DNA of 64,000 bases. Source: Bugula neritina (Eukaryota > Animalia > Bryozoa). Below, one piece after another: positions 11,224 to 53,447 of this stretch. A program made the translations under genes and the position numbers. The notes below the pieces were generated by a model. The model saw only the letters and a list, made by a program, of their open reading frames with translations, was not told the DNA's origin and did no database searches. The stretch covers positions 1,116,001-1,180,000 of the forward strand of contig OZ037766.1 in the NCBI GenBank assembly GCA_964035545.1, given 5' to 3'. Numbering within the stretch: position 1 is the stretch's first letter; every line of letters starts with the position of its first letter.

Positions 11224-14200
11224 CTACAGAATACTGTGCATGTCGACCAAGTCACACAAGAAGTCTTTTAAATAAGATGGTGGCGCCCTGGTACGTTGGC
11301 TACGGTCCAACGGTACTGGGGAGTTTGCTGCGACTGGTGACTCTTCTACCACGGGTGGTGTCGCCAGTACGGGGAGGGGGTCCACCAGTACGGGTGGCCC
11401 TCCCCCAGCTGCCTCTCCCTCATTATTTTGAGGAATTGCCATCTCATCCGGAACGATGGGCCTGTCGACCGGCTCCACAGGTGGTGGGGCCGGCTCTGAC
11501 AGGTCTTCAGGTGTGTCGACCTTTTCTTCCTGGGGTGGAGGAGGTTGGGGCTGGTCGGCTGACGCATCAGCCGTCCCGTCCTGGTCTGGCAGTATCTCCT
11601 CGATCTCTCGGTACGCCATGGGTCGCCCCCTCATAGGAGGGCGCCTAGCTGGCTCTAAGAGAGGAGGTGCTTGACCTGCCGCATCAGGACTTGCCCAGTG
11701 AGGTTTTAGCCGTGCCTCGTTCTGGATCGACACTTGTCCAGACCGTTCCACTTTGTATGTATGGTTTGGCATTACCTCAATTACGCAGTAGGGACCTACG
11801 AACTTCGGCTGCAACTTGGCTGCCTGTCCGCGCCTGCGGCGATGACTGGTCATCCAGACCCAGTCCCCCACCTTGTATAAAGGTGGGTCCTCAGAGTCAC
11901 CACTCCTGACCTGTCACTGCTGCTCACGTAGCACCTCGTGAGCCGTCCCCATGCGTTTTATGAGCTTGTCCACGTAGTCGTGGACATTGCTCTCGGAAGC
12001 CGGAACATGATAGGTTACGTGCTCAGGAACCCTTGTTTCTCTCCCCAGCATGAGAAAATTAGGCGTCTCCAGTGTACTGGAGTGAGGGGTACTACGGTAC
12101 GCTCGCATGATCTGCGGCAACACCAAGTCCCACTCTTCCTGGCTCCTACTGATAAGCAGGCTTCTCAGAGAGTCCCCTAGCATTCGGTTGTTCTGCTCCA
12201 CAACCCCGTTCCCTTGCGGGTGATACGGGGTCGTCCGACTCTGGTTTACCCCCCACACTTTACAGAGATCGCTCATGAGTTGCGGCTAAAACTGGGCGCC
12301 TTGGTCAGAGTGTATCTGCTCCGGCAAGCCGAAATAGCAGAACACTTGTTGATCCAAGGCTCTGGCCACCAAGGGGGCCGACGCATCTGGAATAGCCAGT
12401 CCATCAGCCCACCGCGTGAAATGGTCAGGTAATACCAGTATCCAGTTATTACCTCTCGCTGTTGTGGGCATGGGGCCTACCAGATCGACAGCAACCACCT
12501 GCCACGGACGACCGGCATGGAGGTGACGCCTCCCTGCGGTCTCAGTGGGGCGGCCATGCTTGCTAGCTTGGCACACCTCGCACTTCCGCACCCGGAGTCG
12601 GACATCCCGGGTCATACCGGGCCAAAACCACTGGAGTTGAAGACACCTGGTCACCCGGCTAGCTCCTGCGTGAGCTTGCTTATGGGTGTCCCAGATCAAC
12701 TCCCGCCGCAGAGCTGACGGGCAGACTACCCTCTCTCGTTCACCGCGATTGGTGCCGGCTGCCAACGTGATCGTTAGCAGCCCATCGCTATTGAACCTGA
12801 AGGAGTCCCAGCGGTCACAGAAGAACCTAAACTCAGTACTCTTCACTCGCTGTTTGGCCTTACTCGGCCGCCATCCCTCCTTCTTGGCCCGGACTGGGTC
12901 AGCTACCACTCCTGGTAGCGTAGACTGGAGCCGACATAGCTCCCTGACGTTCCGAAGCAACGTGGGGTTTGCGTGAAAGTTGTTAACAGCTTTGTTGGGC
13001 GATTCGGACAGGAGTTGCCCTTCTTCCCAGCTGTACACACCCGCTTTCCCTAACTGCGCTTCGACGTCCGAGCGAGGGGGTCCACCGTCCCTGCGCTCGA
13101 TATTCTGGCACTGCTTACACCCATCTGCCTGGCGGCGGCTGAGTCCATCTGCATTACCGTGTTTCTTACCGGGTCGATGCTCGATTCGATAAGAAAACTC
13201 TGCCAGGATCTCTAGCCAGCGCGCTACTTGGCTTGATGGTTCTGCCCGTCGACACAGCCATATCAGGGACGCATGATCCGTTCGAAGCCGGAATGTGCAC
13301 CCATATAGATATGGTCTAAAGTGTTTGACCGCCTTGACTACTGCCAAGAGTTTCCTCCTGGTTGTACAGTAGTTCTTCTCAGGCGTCGACAGGGCCTTGC
13401 TATAGTAAGCCACCACCACCTCACCACCATCTTGGACCTGCGATAGCACAGCCCCCACATTATGGTTACTGGCATCAGTATCCAAAATGTACTCCTTCGC
13501 AGGGTCAGGATACGCCAAGATGGGTGCTTCCACCAGGCGATCCTTCAGGTGGTCAAATGCCTTCTGCTCAGCCTGCGTCCACTGCCATCGCACCCCCTTT
13601 GCGGTCAGCCGATTTAACGGCTGTGCAATTCCGGCGAAGTCTGGTATGTACTGACGATAGTACCCTACCAGCCCCAGGAATGCCCGCAATTCAGAGAGGT
13701 CGACAGGGACGGCCAAGTCCCTCACAGCCCGTACCTTCTCGGGGTCGGTGGCGACCCCATCTCGACCAACTACATGGCCCAGGTACTTAACCTCGCGTCG
13801 CAGTAATGCACACTTCGAGGGCTTTAGCTTCAGGCTAGCAGCTCGGAGTCTGTCGAACACCTCCCCGAGTCGACTGACATGTGTGTCGAAGTCGGGAGAG
13901 ATGACGATGACATCATCGAGATAGATAAGCAAGGTCTTCCAGTGCAGTCCACTCAGGACCTGCTCCATGAGTCGCTGGAAGGTGGCCGGTGCGGACGTAA
14001 GTCCGAATGGCAACACCTTCCATTTCCAGAGCCCATCCCGCGTTATAAACGCGGCCTTGTCCTGTGCATCAGGACTCAGGGGCACCTGCCAATACCCGCT
14101 TAGCAAGTCCAACGTGCTGAAGAACTTGCTACCAGCTAAGGCATCGAGCGACTCATCGATCCTCGGGAGAGGGTAAGCGTCCTGGATGGTCACGCTGTTC

Positions 14201-15711
14201 AGCCTGCGATAGTCAACGCAAAACCTCTAGCTACCATCCTTTTTCCGAACCAGGACGACTGGAGAACTCCAGGCCCCATGGCCTGGCTTAATCAGGTCCC
14301 GGTTCAGAAGGTCTTGCACCTGACGGCTCACTTCTCTCTCCTTCTCAGGACCTAACCGGCGGGTCAGCTGCCGAATCGGCGCCGTCCCCGCCGTCAGGGG
14401 TATCTCATGACAGACAGTCTTAGTCAGACCCATGTCATGGTCGCCGCAACTAAACACGTCCTTGTACTCAGAGAGTAGCCGCGCCATCACCAGGCGTTCT
14501 CGCTTGCTCTCACAGCCATCACAGGCATCCTCGTACAATTCTGCTATGTGTTCAGGCACCGGCCTCCTGCCGTCTCTAGTGGTTACTCCCCGGGCGTCGT
14601 CCGCTGTTTCCAGCGCGGGCCCTACATCCTCCTCTTGCACGGAGTGGAACTTCCCTACTAGAGACCTAGCCGGTAATTCTACCGGCTCCGTGAAAGGGTT
14701 TACGCACTGGACCAGGAACTCCCCCCGCTCATCCAGTCTATTCAGACTGTTAGCGAGCTGGACGCCCCCCAGTGCACCTTCCACCACTGCGAGCTCGGAG
14801 ATTATTTCCCTACAGTTCACTCTGCAGTGAACTGTAGCCCGGGAGCGCCCAGGTACAGTACAGCGCTGTACCACCTGCACTCCCCCCACCAAGGGTCGGC
14901 CAAATCGGTCGACACAGGCCAGCTCACGCCCCGCCATCACTACTGCCAACCTGCTAAAGTCTATGTAGCACCTGTGTCGTTTCAGAAATGGCATGCCCAA
15001 GATGGCATCCTCCTTGAGTTGACTGACGATGAAGGTCTCACTGATCGTCTGATCATGGACTCTACCAGTCAACTGGATTACCCCATAGAAAGGAATACAC
15101 GACCCGTCCGCCAACGTGCCGTGCTCCCCTTCATATGGTTCTAGGCTAGCCCTGTCCCTGGCACTGAGGGTGTCGAATAGACGTCGACTCAGTAGATTTG
15201 TGGTGCACCCAGTGTCCAACAGGAATGTGACAGCTTTGCCAGCAAGTTTGCCGGGAAGGAAATAGCTGCTTCCATATGGCTGAGCGCTCACTGAGCAATT
15301 TGTCTCTTGAGGCGACACCTCATGTGCATGGAGTTGGGGATGCACCTGTGCTTTCCGGTTGCGAAGGGGTCGTCGACGTTGCATGGGCGGGCAGGGTACG
15401 TCTCGGTCTCGCTCACACACGGGCGGCCGAGTGAATTCTCGGACTGATGCTCGTGTGGGCAACCGAGGAAAATTCCTGTTGTGCTCTCACTCGTCGTTCA
15501 CTCCCTCATCAAGCAAACCTTCAAAGCGGTTTTTGAGTGCCCAAGCCGGAGGTATTGGTGGGCCTTGCGGCCGACTCACTCTCCTTGGGGCTTGCCACTC
15601 TGGCGAAGGCGGCCTCCTCACCCGCTGGGGTGGGGGCCGTAGCCTCTGCCTTGGGGGGTTAAACTGGGGCCCACGGTAGGCAGAAGTTACCGTGGGCCGT
15701 CGCTGTTTAAC
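11224..15711 (-). pseudogene. pol: pol polyprotein (protease, RT, RNase H, integrase with GPY/F) broken by four in-frame stops
   Basis: Five listed ORFs share one frame. Motifs LLDTG, YLDD, DTDAS, TDH, NADGLSR, HHCC, VDLVGP/SDQG/VEQNNR and KFVGPY. Stops at 15487-15489, 14227-14229, 12286-12288 and 11914-11916. Confidence 0.95.
15668..15711 (-). promoter_or_regulatory. Putative programmed -1 ribosomal frameshift signal (gag to pol)
   Basis: G_TTA_AAC in the gag frame (15711-15705), a 6-nt spacer, then a perfect 11-bp stem GGCCCACGGTA/TACCGTGGGCC with a 9-nt loop. The -1 frame is the pol frame. Confidence 0.75.
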
Positions 15712-16559
15712 TGCCTCCCACTGCCGCGGGGGCAACTTCGTAGGAAGTGCCCACCACTACCACAGCCCCAGCATACGGGGCCGCGTCTGTCGTCGACAGC
15801 TACCGACGACCTCTTGGGTCTCTCGGCTGTCGCCTGCTGGCGCAGTTGCCTGATCTTGGCTAGCAGTTCTCGAATCAAGCTCGTGGTCAAGCTAGTAGAT
15901 TCGTCTGCTGCTGCCGCTGCGACCTGTACAGCTGTCTTCGCCGGCGACGTCGACACGTCGTCTGCCCCGACCTGCTGTACTGTCGCACCAGGTCGACTTG
16001 CACTGTCGGCTTGGAAATAGGCATTCCCAAGCCTTAGAGCTCTCTCCATAGTCTCAACTTCGGCCACCAGCAGATGCTGTTTCAGACCGAGGTTGTTAAT
16101 AGACTGGAGGAATGCATCTAGTGCTAGGCTCTGTCGACTGTCGGCAGGCAAGTTGCTGTAAGCAACTTGTGCGAGTCGTTCGACTATGGTAGCATGCTCT
16201 CGCAGATTGGTCTTAGGATTTCTCCTAAGACTCTGCAGTTGCACGCGAGCATCTCGAGCGGTTAATCCAAACCGAGCTCGTAGTGCTTCAAATATGTCAC
16301 CGACATTCTGGCTTATCCCATAGGGTTTAGCCGGCCCTGTCAGACACAACCGCAGCTGGATCAGAGTAACCCCAATCGGCCATCTGCAGATGTCCGCCAC
16401 ATCACTAAACTCAGTGATGAATTGCTCCACATCCTCTTCCCCTGAGAAGATGGGAGCCCGCAAGTGGTACCTGTCCATAGGCAGCGCTGAGCCGCCTATG
16501 TGATCCTCCTCTATTGCTGCTGGCTCCTGTCTGGGCGCGTCGACGACTTCGTCGGCCAT
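15687..16559 (-). CDS. gag: gag (290 aa) with CCHC zinc knuckle
   Basis: Intact ORF just downstream of the PBS; CWGCGSGGHFLRSC knuckle; PIFSGEEDVEQFI capsid-type N-terminus. Confidence 0.9.
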   Translation of the reverse strand: MADEVVDAPRQEPAAIEEDHIGGSALPMDRYHLRAPIFSGEEDVEQFITEFSDVADICRWPIGVTLIQLRLCLTGPAKPYGISQNVGDIFEALRARFGLTARDARVQLQSLRRNPKTNLREHATIVERLAQVAYSNLPADSRQSLALDAFLQSINNLGLKQHLLVAEVETMERALRLGNAYFQADSASRPGATVQQVGADDVSTSPAKTAVQVAAAAADESTSLTTSLIRELLAKIRQLRQQATAERPKRSSVAVDDRRGPVCWGCGSGGHFLRSCPRGSGRQLNSDGPR

Positions 16560-16593
16560 CTTACTCTCTGGCTAGGGGCATTTGTATTAAGGG

Positions 16594-16613
16594 GAATCCC
16601 ACCGCTGCCACCA
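16594..16613 (-). other. Primer-binding site complementary to tRNA-Leu (AAG/TAG type) 3' end
   Basis: Plus strand GAATCCCACCGCTGCCACCA matches the recalled eukaryotic tRNA-Leu 3' end including CCA, 1 nt from the 5' LTR. Confidence 0.85.
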
Positions 16614-16614
16614 C

Positions 16615-17027
16615 TGTAGTGAATTTTGCCAGTTCACTATTATTATGTGTGGGTCGACTTAATCAAAGCCACTGCACCAGGTTGTTTACGCTAAGATACT
16701 TTATTATTAATTTTACACAAATACAAGAAGGTTATTTACTGCTAGCATGAATAGAAAACGATTACATAATTAGTGAGCTTTAATACACAACTACTCTAAA
16801 TGAAGTTCCAAGCTGCTCTGCCGGCTAGCTACTCAGCGCACTGCAACTACGAGTAGCTAGCTCCACCTGCTATTAATTAGTGTGACTGTCCTGATTAGTG
16901 GTTACTAATGGTGCCACTGCTGTCCATAGCTACAGTCCGACATAGTCGAACTCACAATATAAAAAACCATATAGAGTGAACTTTTTTGATTAATATAATA
17001 AGAATTGCACTACTAAAATCCATCACA
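16615..17027 (-). repeat. 5' LTR (413 bp)
   Basis: Direct repeat of 9140-9547; adjacent to the PBS. Confidence 0.95.
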
Positions 17028-17216
17028 GTATCTAGTCCAAGGTTTCCAGTAATGGGTGGAAAAGTCTTGCTAGAGAAATTAAAATTGGTGAATTTTAAAT
17101 TTAATTATCTCCTGTATCTTTTTCTTGCTTTAATCAGCATAGCAATGCACGATTCATTTCACATCTGCATTCTATAGATCTTATATATTAGAAACAAGCT
17201 ATTTGCTTGATTGCAA

Positions 17217-17217
<1 letters not shown>

Positions 17218-17285
<68 letters not shown>

Positions 17286-17293
17286 ATATATAT
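17218..17293. repeat. (TA)n microsatellite
   Basis: Directly visible; further (TA)n tracts at about 40953-41054 and 46786-46830. Confidence 0.95.
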
Positions 17294-18002
17294 GGTTATT
17301 ATAATTATTGTATAAAGACAAATCTCATATTACACTGTTCTAGCATCAATGTAGCTAATTTGACAGAAGTTTCCGTCTATATCGAGTTGAAATATAACAT
17401 ACTACTTTGTAAGTATATTGAATTACTTAGACTAGCTCTAAAATAATAATATTCTTTTATAATGCTTCAAATAAACCTATAGCTATAAATTTTCTTTGTG
17501 ACAATAGAACTGAGCACTACTAGCTAAAACCAAATAAATTACTGGATGAACAATAAAAAGAATGATTGCAGCAAAAGCAAATTAAATAATCTGAACTTTT
17601 CCTAAATCATTAAATATTGGAGTTCATGAAAATCTTCTTGTTAAATTTTGAATTTATAGAATATTCATAACAAACACACTTTTTGCACTTTAACAATTAG
17701 CATTTTATTATATATTCATAGTAAAGGAGATTATTAGACCAAAGAAGAGTAAAAATGTGGTATATGTTGAAAATACTGAGCAACAAGACAATGTAACTAC
17801 AGTTTTAAGATACAAAGTTTGAGTGACATCAATATTTCTGAATAGCTATATAAGACAGATATAATAAACCACAATATATTTAGGTACAAGTTTAAATGAA
17901 CTTTCAACAGATGTAAAGCATTAGTGATAAAAATCCTGCAAGCTCAAAAAGTGAAAGCCAGTACTGAATTAACCACAGAAGTAGGTCTGCGGATTCACTC
18001 CT

Positions 18003-48225
<30,223 letters not shown>

Positions 48226-50768
48226 TTTGAACTGGGATAAATGCTAATAGTACAAGTCTGTATGAAGTCTGGTTTCCAAATGTGCTTTCAATAACAATTT
48301 AGTAGAATATAAATAAAAAACACAAAAACATATTTATTAATGTTTTTATGACAATTTTGACTAACTTGGCAGCAGCTATCAAAGCAAGTTCCTGATGAAT
48401 ATCTTATTTGTATCTTTAAAACATAACATTGGATATGTGTTGGAAGTTTAATTATTTTCACATAATGTTTTTTAAGGAAATAAGTGTAAAATCAGCTATG
48501 ATTCAAAACCACATTGCCTGCTAATTTGATGTAATTTGAACAGGAAAATGTGACACTTGCTTTGGCCTTTGAAAGCATCAGCATGGTCATTTTTTCTTAT
48601 GAAATTATAAATCATATATTTGCGCATGTATATCATGTGCAGTGTGCTTCATGTGTGTGTATTGCATGTATAATATATGTGCATCATGTAAGTTTGTTGT
48701 ATATGTGTGTGCATGCAAGTAATTTTATATGTATAAGTTGGAGTAGAGTGTGGATAGATAAACTTGGTATAGTTCCACCACTTCTCTATGCACTGTGCAC
48801 TACTTAAAGCTTATATTTAAAAGCTACTCTAGAATATAGAAGCATAAGAATCATAATCTCAGTCAGTCAGAGTGCTTAATCTCAAAATTTAAAGTTTAGT
48901 TCAACTCTCCAAGTGTTGAAACATACAATATATAACCGGTGGTCAAGGTGTGGAGAAAATGTGTTGGGGGGATACCATAAAAATTGCCTACTAACCTTAG
49001 TACCTATAAATTTCTCTATTTAAGTTTTATAAAGTAGAAAGCTAGGGAAAAGCAGTTTAAAAACTTGCCGCATTTTTTCTCAGAATGGCAATTTTAATTA
49101 CGTTTAAGGAAAAAAAAATAAAATGCATAATATTCATATTAGATTATTTGTCATTTTTAAAAATATACCACAAGTTATGTAATCAGTTAGTTTTAAAATT
49201 AAATCATGTTATTGTTGAGATTTTCCTAAAAATGACTTTTTGTATAAATATATTCATGTGTTTATTATTAGTTGTATTTCTATAAATATAACATGCAAAA
49301 ATAACTGTCATAAATCTGAAAAAACTTAACAGGTAACTCCGAGAAACTGCTCATTTCTCAAGTTATTCACGTAAAATATAATGATGATGCACCTCAACCA
49401 CTAGTTTTATTTTGATTTTAATATTTTTGGAGCTTTCTCACAAGCTTTATATTATTAAACCATTAATTATTTAACCACTATAAGTTTTACTTACACTTGT
49501 GCATATAATGAGAAATTAGGATGGGGGTAAGTCTAAGTTAAGGGGATCCAAAGGAAACATGGTGGGAGTATGATATATACACTCAACTATACCATGCAGC
49601 ATATAATATAACTAACACGGCTAAAGGGGCAAACTGTTTAATATACTATTAGGTTTATGTTTGCTGTGTTGTTTATTTTTCATCATAATTAATGAATCAA
49701 ACCCCATCAGTCATCAAATAAGATATTTTGTTTTGTTTGCTTTTTTACCGCAGCTATAATGGTGAAAGTAAAAATTTAATATATACTTCACTCCAGTACA
49801 CTCTAAATTCATACATGATCAGCAGAAAAAACACCCTTGGTAACTAACTTTTAGACTGATGGAGCTCATTAAAGACACTGACACTAGGTAGATAAACAAC
49901 GAATTTAGTACAATTTTGGGTCACCGAACTTTGAATGGTAATTACTCGCAATAATAAAAGTCGTTTGTTATGGACCGCTGTGTGTATAACCTGGCATATT
50001 TCTAGTTCTCTTTGACTGATTTTAAAAATTTAAAGTGCTATGTGATCACAAAGTCCTACTCTATTTATCCACATTAAAAAGTAAAAATCTTGGATGACCC
50101 CCCCCCCCCCCAAGAGACCAAAAATGACAGCAGCCATCACATTTTTTGTTTTGTTTGTTTTTTTACCGCAGCTATAATGGTGAAAATAAAACTTTACTAT
50201 ATACTTGGCACTCTAAATTTGTATATGATGGTGAGGATACATGGCTAATATAGCTACATTGTTGGCCTTTTATTACACTGACACAATAACAGTTATAACC
50301 ACCGGATTCCCTTCCTGACATCACCAATGTTCCAAATATTTGGTGTCTCTTATCACACATCATCCACTGCTGGTTATACAATTTCTGAGTGGGTTTGGAA
50401 ATTAATTATTCTGGAGGATTGATGGGAAAGTTGGCATACTTTTCTAGTGATAATGTTTTATTGAATTTCCTTAGTATTTTTTCAGAGTAGATAACAGCCT
50501 GAATAAATGATATAAGAATCATCCTGATGGTGCAACAGCATGATAACATGGAATACAGCTTTCAACTTGTTCAGTATTTAGCTTCATGAATATGCAAATT
50601 TATTGCTTCTCCAAATGCTGAATTAACATTCAAGATGTTTTTCCGAACTAATCTATATCACATTATGCATTTTCTACGCATGATATAATAATATTGTATC
50701 TCACAAGGAACTAACAGCTGCTTGTATATTATTTACAAATTTCAAGCACTGATAAAATCTAACGAAAA

Positions 50769-51760
50769 GGGAGCAGCTGCGTTTGCCTATTATAGTAAGC
50801 ACGAAGGTCATGGGTTAATGAGCCCAGACAAAGGTCATTGGTGATGTTAGGAAGAGCATCCAGTCATAATCACCGGCTTTCCATGTACCGATCTCAGATC
50901 GATCTCAGCGAGATCGATCCATGGAAAGACGCCAAAGATCGATCTCCGTAGATCTGAGCTGGTCGGTCTGTGGAGCTCGAACTCAGATCGATCTCGTGTC
51001 AATAAGACCATGGAAAGACGCCAGATCGATCTGAGAAGTAGAAAAAGACTGCGCGCTACAATGTTGTCTGCTAATAAAAATGATAACTTATTGATAATTA
51101 CTAAGCAAAATATTAAATAATTATGATAGCCACTTTTTCAGATGCCAAAACTTTGACTTTCAGTACTATGATTAAGAAAACTCAATTATATGCAGCAGAA
51201 GGTAAAAGAAATGGGAGAATTTAAATTGAATTTAAATGACTATTAAAACTTAGTTTCATTAGCTATTTTCTTTCTAATTTTAGGCCTAACAGTCCTGTAA
51301 GTTTATTAATAATCTGCAAGACAGCCATTAATTTTATATAAGCTGTCAAGCTAAAAAATTAAAACTAATTATTTTGAATTGGCCAAATTACCATACACTG
51401 AAAGCTTTGCTGCGTATAGTTTATAGCTGGGATTAAATTTTAGACTACGACCATCTTGTTTTCAACAGTAGTAGCTTTAATCACTCAAATAGGTGAACAA
51501 ATTATACTTTTAAAGTATCCTTCACTTAAGAGGAGGCAACTTCGTGAGATCGATCTGACACTCTCATGGAAAAACGATCGATCTGAGCACATTTCTCAGA
51601 TCGATCTCAGCGAGATCGATCTGAGATCGGCACATGGAAAGCCCGTGAATTACTCCTGTACCTCATTTAAATAAGTCCTTAGCCAGCTTTAACAAAGACC
51701 TCTTCCATTAGGGTTTCTTACAGGGATATCTACCATATAAACTTGAGTGATTTTTAATAA
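50769..51760 (+). mobile_element. SINE copy interrupted by a MITE
   Basis: GGGAGCAG..CATCCAGTCATAAT | insert | AATTACTCCTGTACCTC..CAGGGATAT is collinear with 45244-45478. Confidence 0.8.
50871..51647. mobile_element. 777-bp MITE with CAC termini and 3-bp TSD (AAT)
   Basis: CACCGGCTTTCCATGTACCGATCTCAGATCGATCTC...GAGATCGATCTGAGATCGGCACATGGAAAGCCCGTG; internal AGATCGATCT palindromes; TSD confirmed by the uninterrupted SINE. Confidence 0.85.
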
Positions 51761-51994
51761 AATCTAACTAAAACTGTAATTTGATTTGCATCCATATTAT
51801 AAATAGCTACTATAGAATAGACAAAGCCACTTCCATACAGGTTTGGATGTGCTTTCAACAAATTCCTATAATAAGTAAGTATTTTAGTGTGAGATATATA
51901 ATGAAGCATTATTAATAAAAGTTCGGAAAGCTGACAAAATAAAAGCCATAACTGAATTATTCACTGAAGTAGGTGTACATATAAATTTACTTCT

Positions 51995-52046
51995 TTAACC
52001 AAGAGTATTCTCAGTGTTTGACAGGGGAGGACAACTTCTTTCACAT
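51995..52046 (-). other. Orphan duplicate of the mosaic-gene terminal exon
   Basis: TTTGTAG|A then CERSCPPLSNTENTLG*, with flanks homologous to 18003-18054 and 54785-54836. Confidence 0.75.
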
Positions 52047-52492
52047 CTACAAACATCAGAGTTGGTAGATTGATACAAACTATTTGTGGGAGTTTGACTA
52101 CGTTGTAGGTATAATATTTATTGAGATTAGCAAACAGCTAATTTATCAAAAACACTGCAAAGTGTTTTTGATAAATTTTCTGGGGATCAAACCCATGACG
52201 TCGGTTTAATAAACCAATTCTCTAATTCCTATTCGTAGACCAAGGCTGCTTTCATTATAATATAAAATGATAATCTAATAAACTATAACACATTGTGTAG
52301 TGAATAATAATTTAGCCTATTTAGCTATACAGTTTCCACCACAATTACTTTTTTGAAGCAAATATAGCCAAAAAAGCAAGTTTTAAACTAAGTTACTTGA
52401 GCTTAATTAGCTTGATATTAAATATTTCATGAACTATAATATTAAAATCATACAATATAATCGTGCCAACTCATTATTGCTTATTATTGTAG

Positions 52493-52628
52493 ACACACAC
52501 TGGATGAGTTGGACAATGCTAGGTCACTCTGTAGTTGCATTCATTCTGTTATATTCACCATAAGAAATGAGTTCCCCAGAATAGATGATGACTGCAGTAA
52601 CTTGTCCTCTGCCAATCTTGCTGACTAG
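52493..52628 (+). pseudogene. Orphan, frameshifted terminal exon of the SLC49A4-like gene
   Basis: TTGTAG|AC ACA CAC TGG ATG AGT TGG.. matches 8444-8574 but has a 2-nt insertion (CTGTTATATTCACC). The preceding about 250 bp matches MFS intron sequence near 8200-8443. No upstream exons seen nearby. Confidence 0.8.
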
Positions 52629-53169
52629 AATTGTGCACTTCTTTTGTATGTTTATGAGGAGGACACAACTCCACTTACTCTATGACCATCCCTAGCAAAA
52701 AGGTTTTATGAATTCTATCTTGATTGAAACTAGGAAGTCGAAATGCTCTGATATGGTTGAAAATAAAACTTGGGGCAGAATATTAGTTTTCCAATAGTTT
52801 TACTAAATCTTTGCATTAATCTACATTAATTGAAGCCTTTTATGTGGGCAAGTTTTGTAATGGATTAAACTGTTGATTTTTATATTCAATAACATATTAT
52901 TATTAATATTAAAAAATGACTCATCTGGTCTTTGAATTGACACAAACATATTGCAGTAGTCAGCAGTTTGTGAGCACTTTCTTTTTAACATTAGTTGTTT
53001 CATACAATATATATAACTGTTGTATAAACACAGTTCTCGTGTTGCACTGTTATAGCATCAATGCAGCTAATTTGACAGGAATTTCTGTGTAATTAGTTAA
53101 AATATAACACATTACTTTGCAAACAGATTGAATTACTTATAAGATTGCAGCTCTAAAATAATGATATTC

Positions 53170-53447
53170 TTTTTATAATGCTTCAAATAAAGTTATAGCT
53201 ATATGTAGCAATAGTGTAGCGGACCTTTTTATAAAGCTTCAAATAAACTTATAGCTATATATGTAGCAATAGTGTAGCAGACCTTTTTATAATGCTTCAA
53301 ATAAACTTATAGCTATATGTAGCAATAGTGTAGCAGACCTTTTTATAATGCTTCAAATAAACTTATAGCTATATGTAGCAATAGTGTAGCAGACCTTTTT
53401 ATAATGCTTCAAATAAACTTATAGCTATACGTAGCAATAGTGTAGCA
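53170..53447. repeat. 56-bp minisatellite, about 5 copies
   Basis: TTTTTATAATGCTTCAAATAAACTTATAGCTATATGTAGCAATAGTGTAGCAGACC units; a single partial unit at the paralogous site near 17455-17485. Confidence 0.9.

Larger units (their letters stand above)
9140..17027 (-). mobile_element. Full-length Ty3/Gypsy (Metaviridae) LTR retrotransposon, about 7.9 kb, inactivated by nonsense mutations
   Basis: Two TG...CA LTRs, 4-bp TSD GTAT (9136-9139 and 17028-17031), PBS, PPT, gag, and pol in the order PR-RT-RH-IN. The paralogous empty site is visible near 1898-1919. Confidence 0.97.

Noticed and set aside
11115-16750. Many plus-strand and alternate-frame ORFs overlapping gag/pol
   Set aside because: Expected shadow ORFs of GC-rich retroelement coding sequence; no recognisable motifs.
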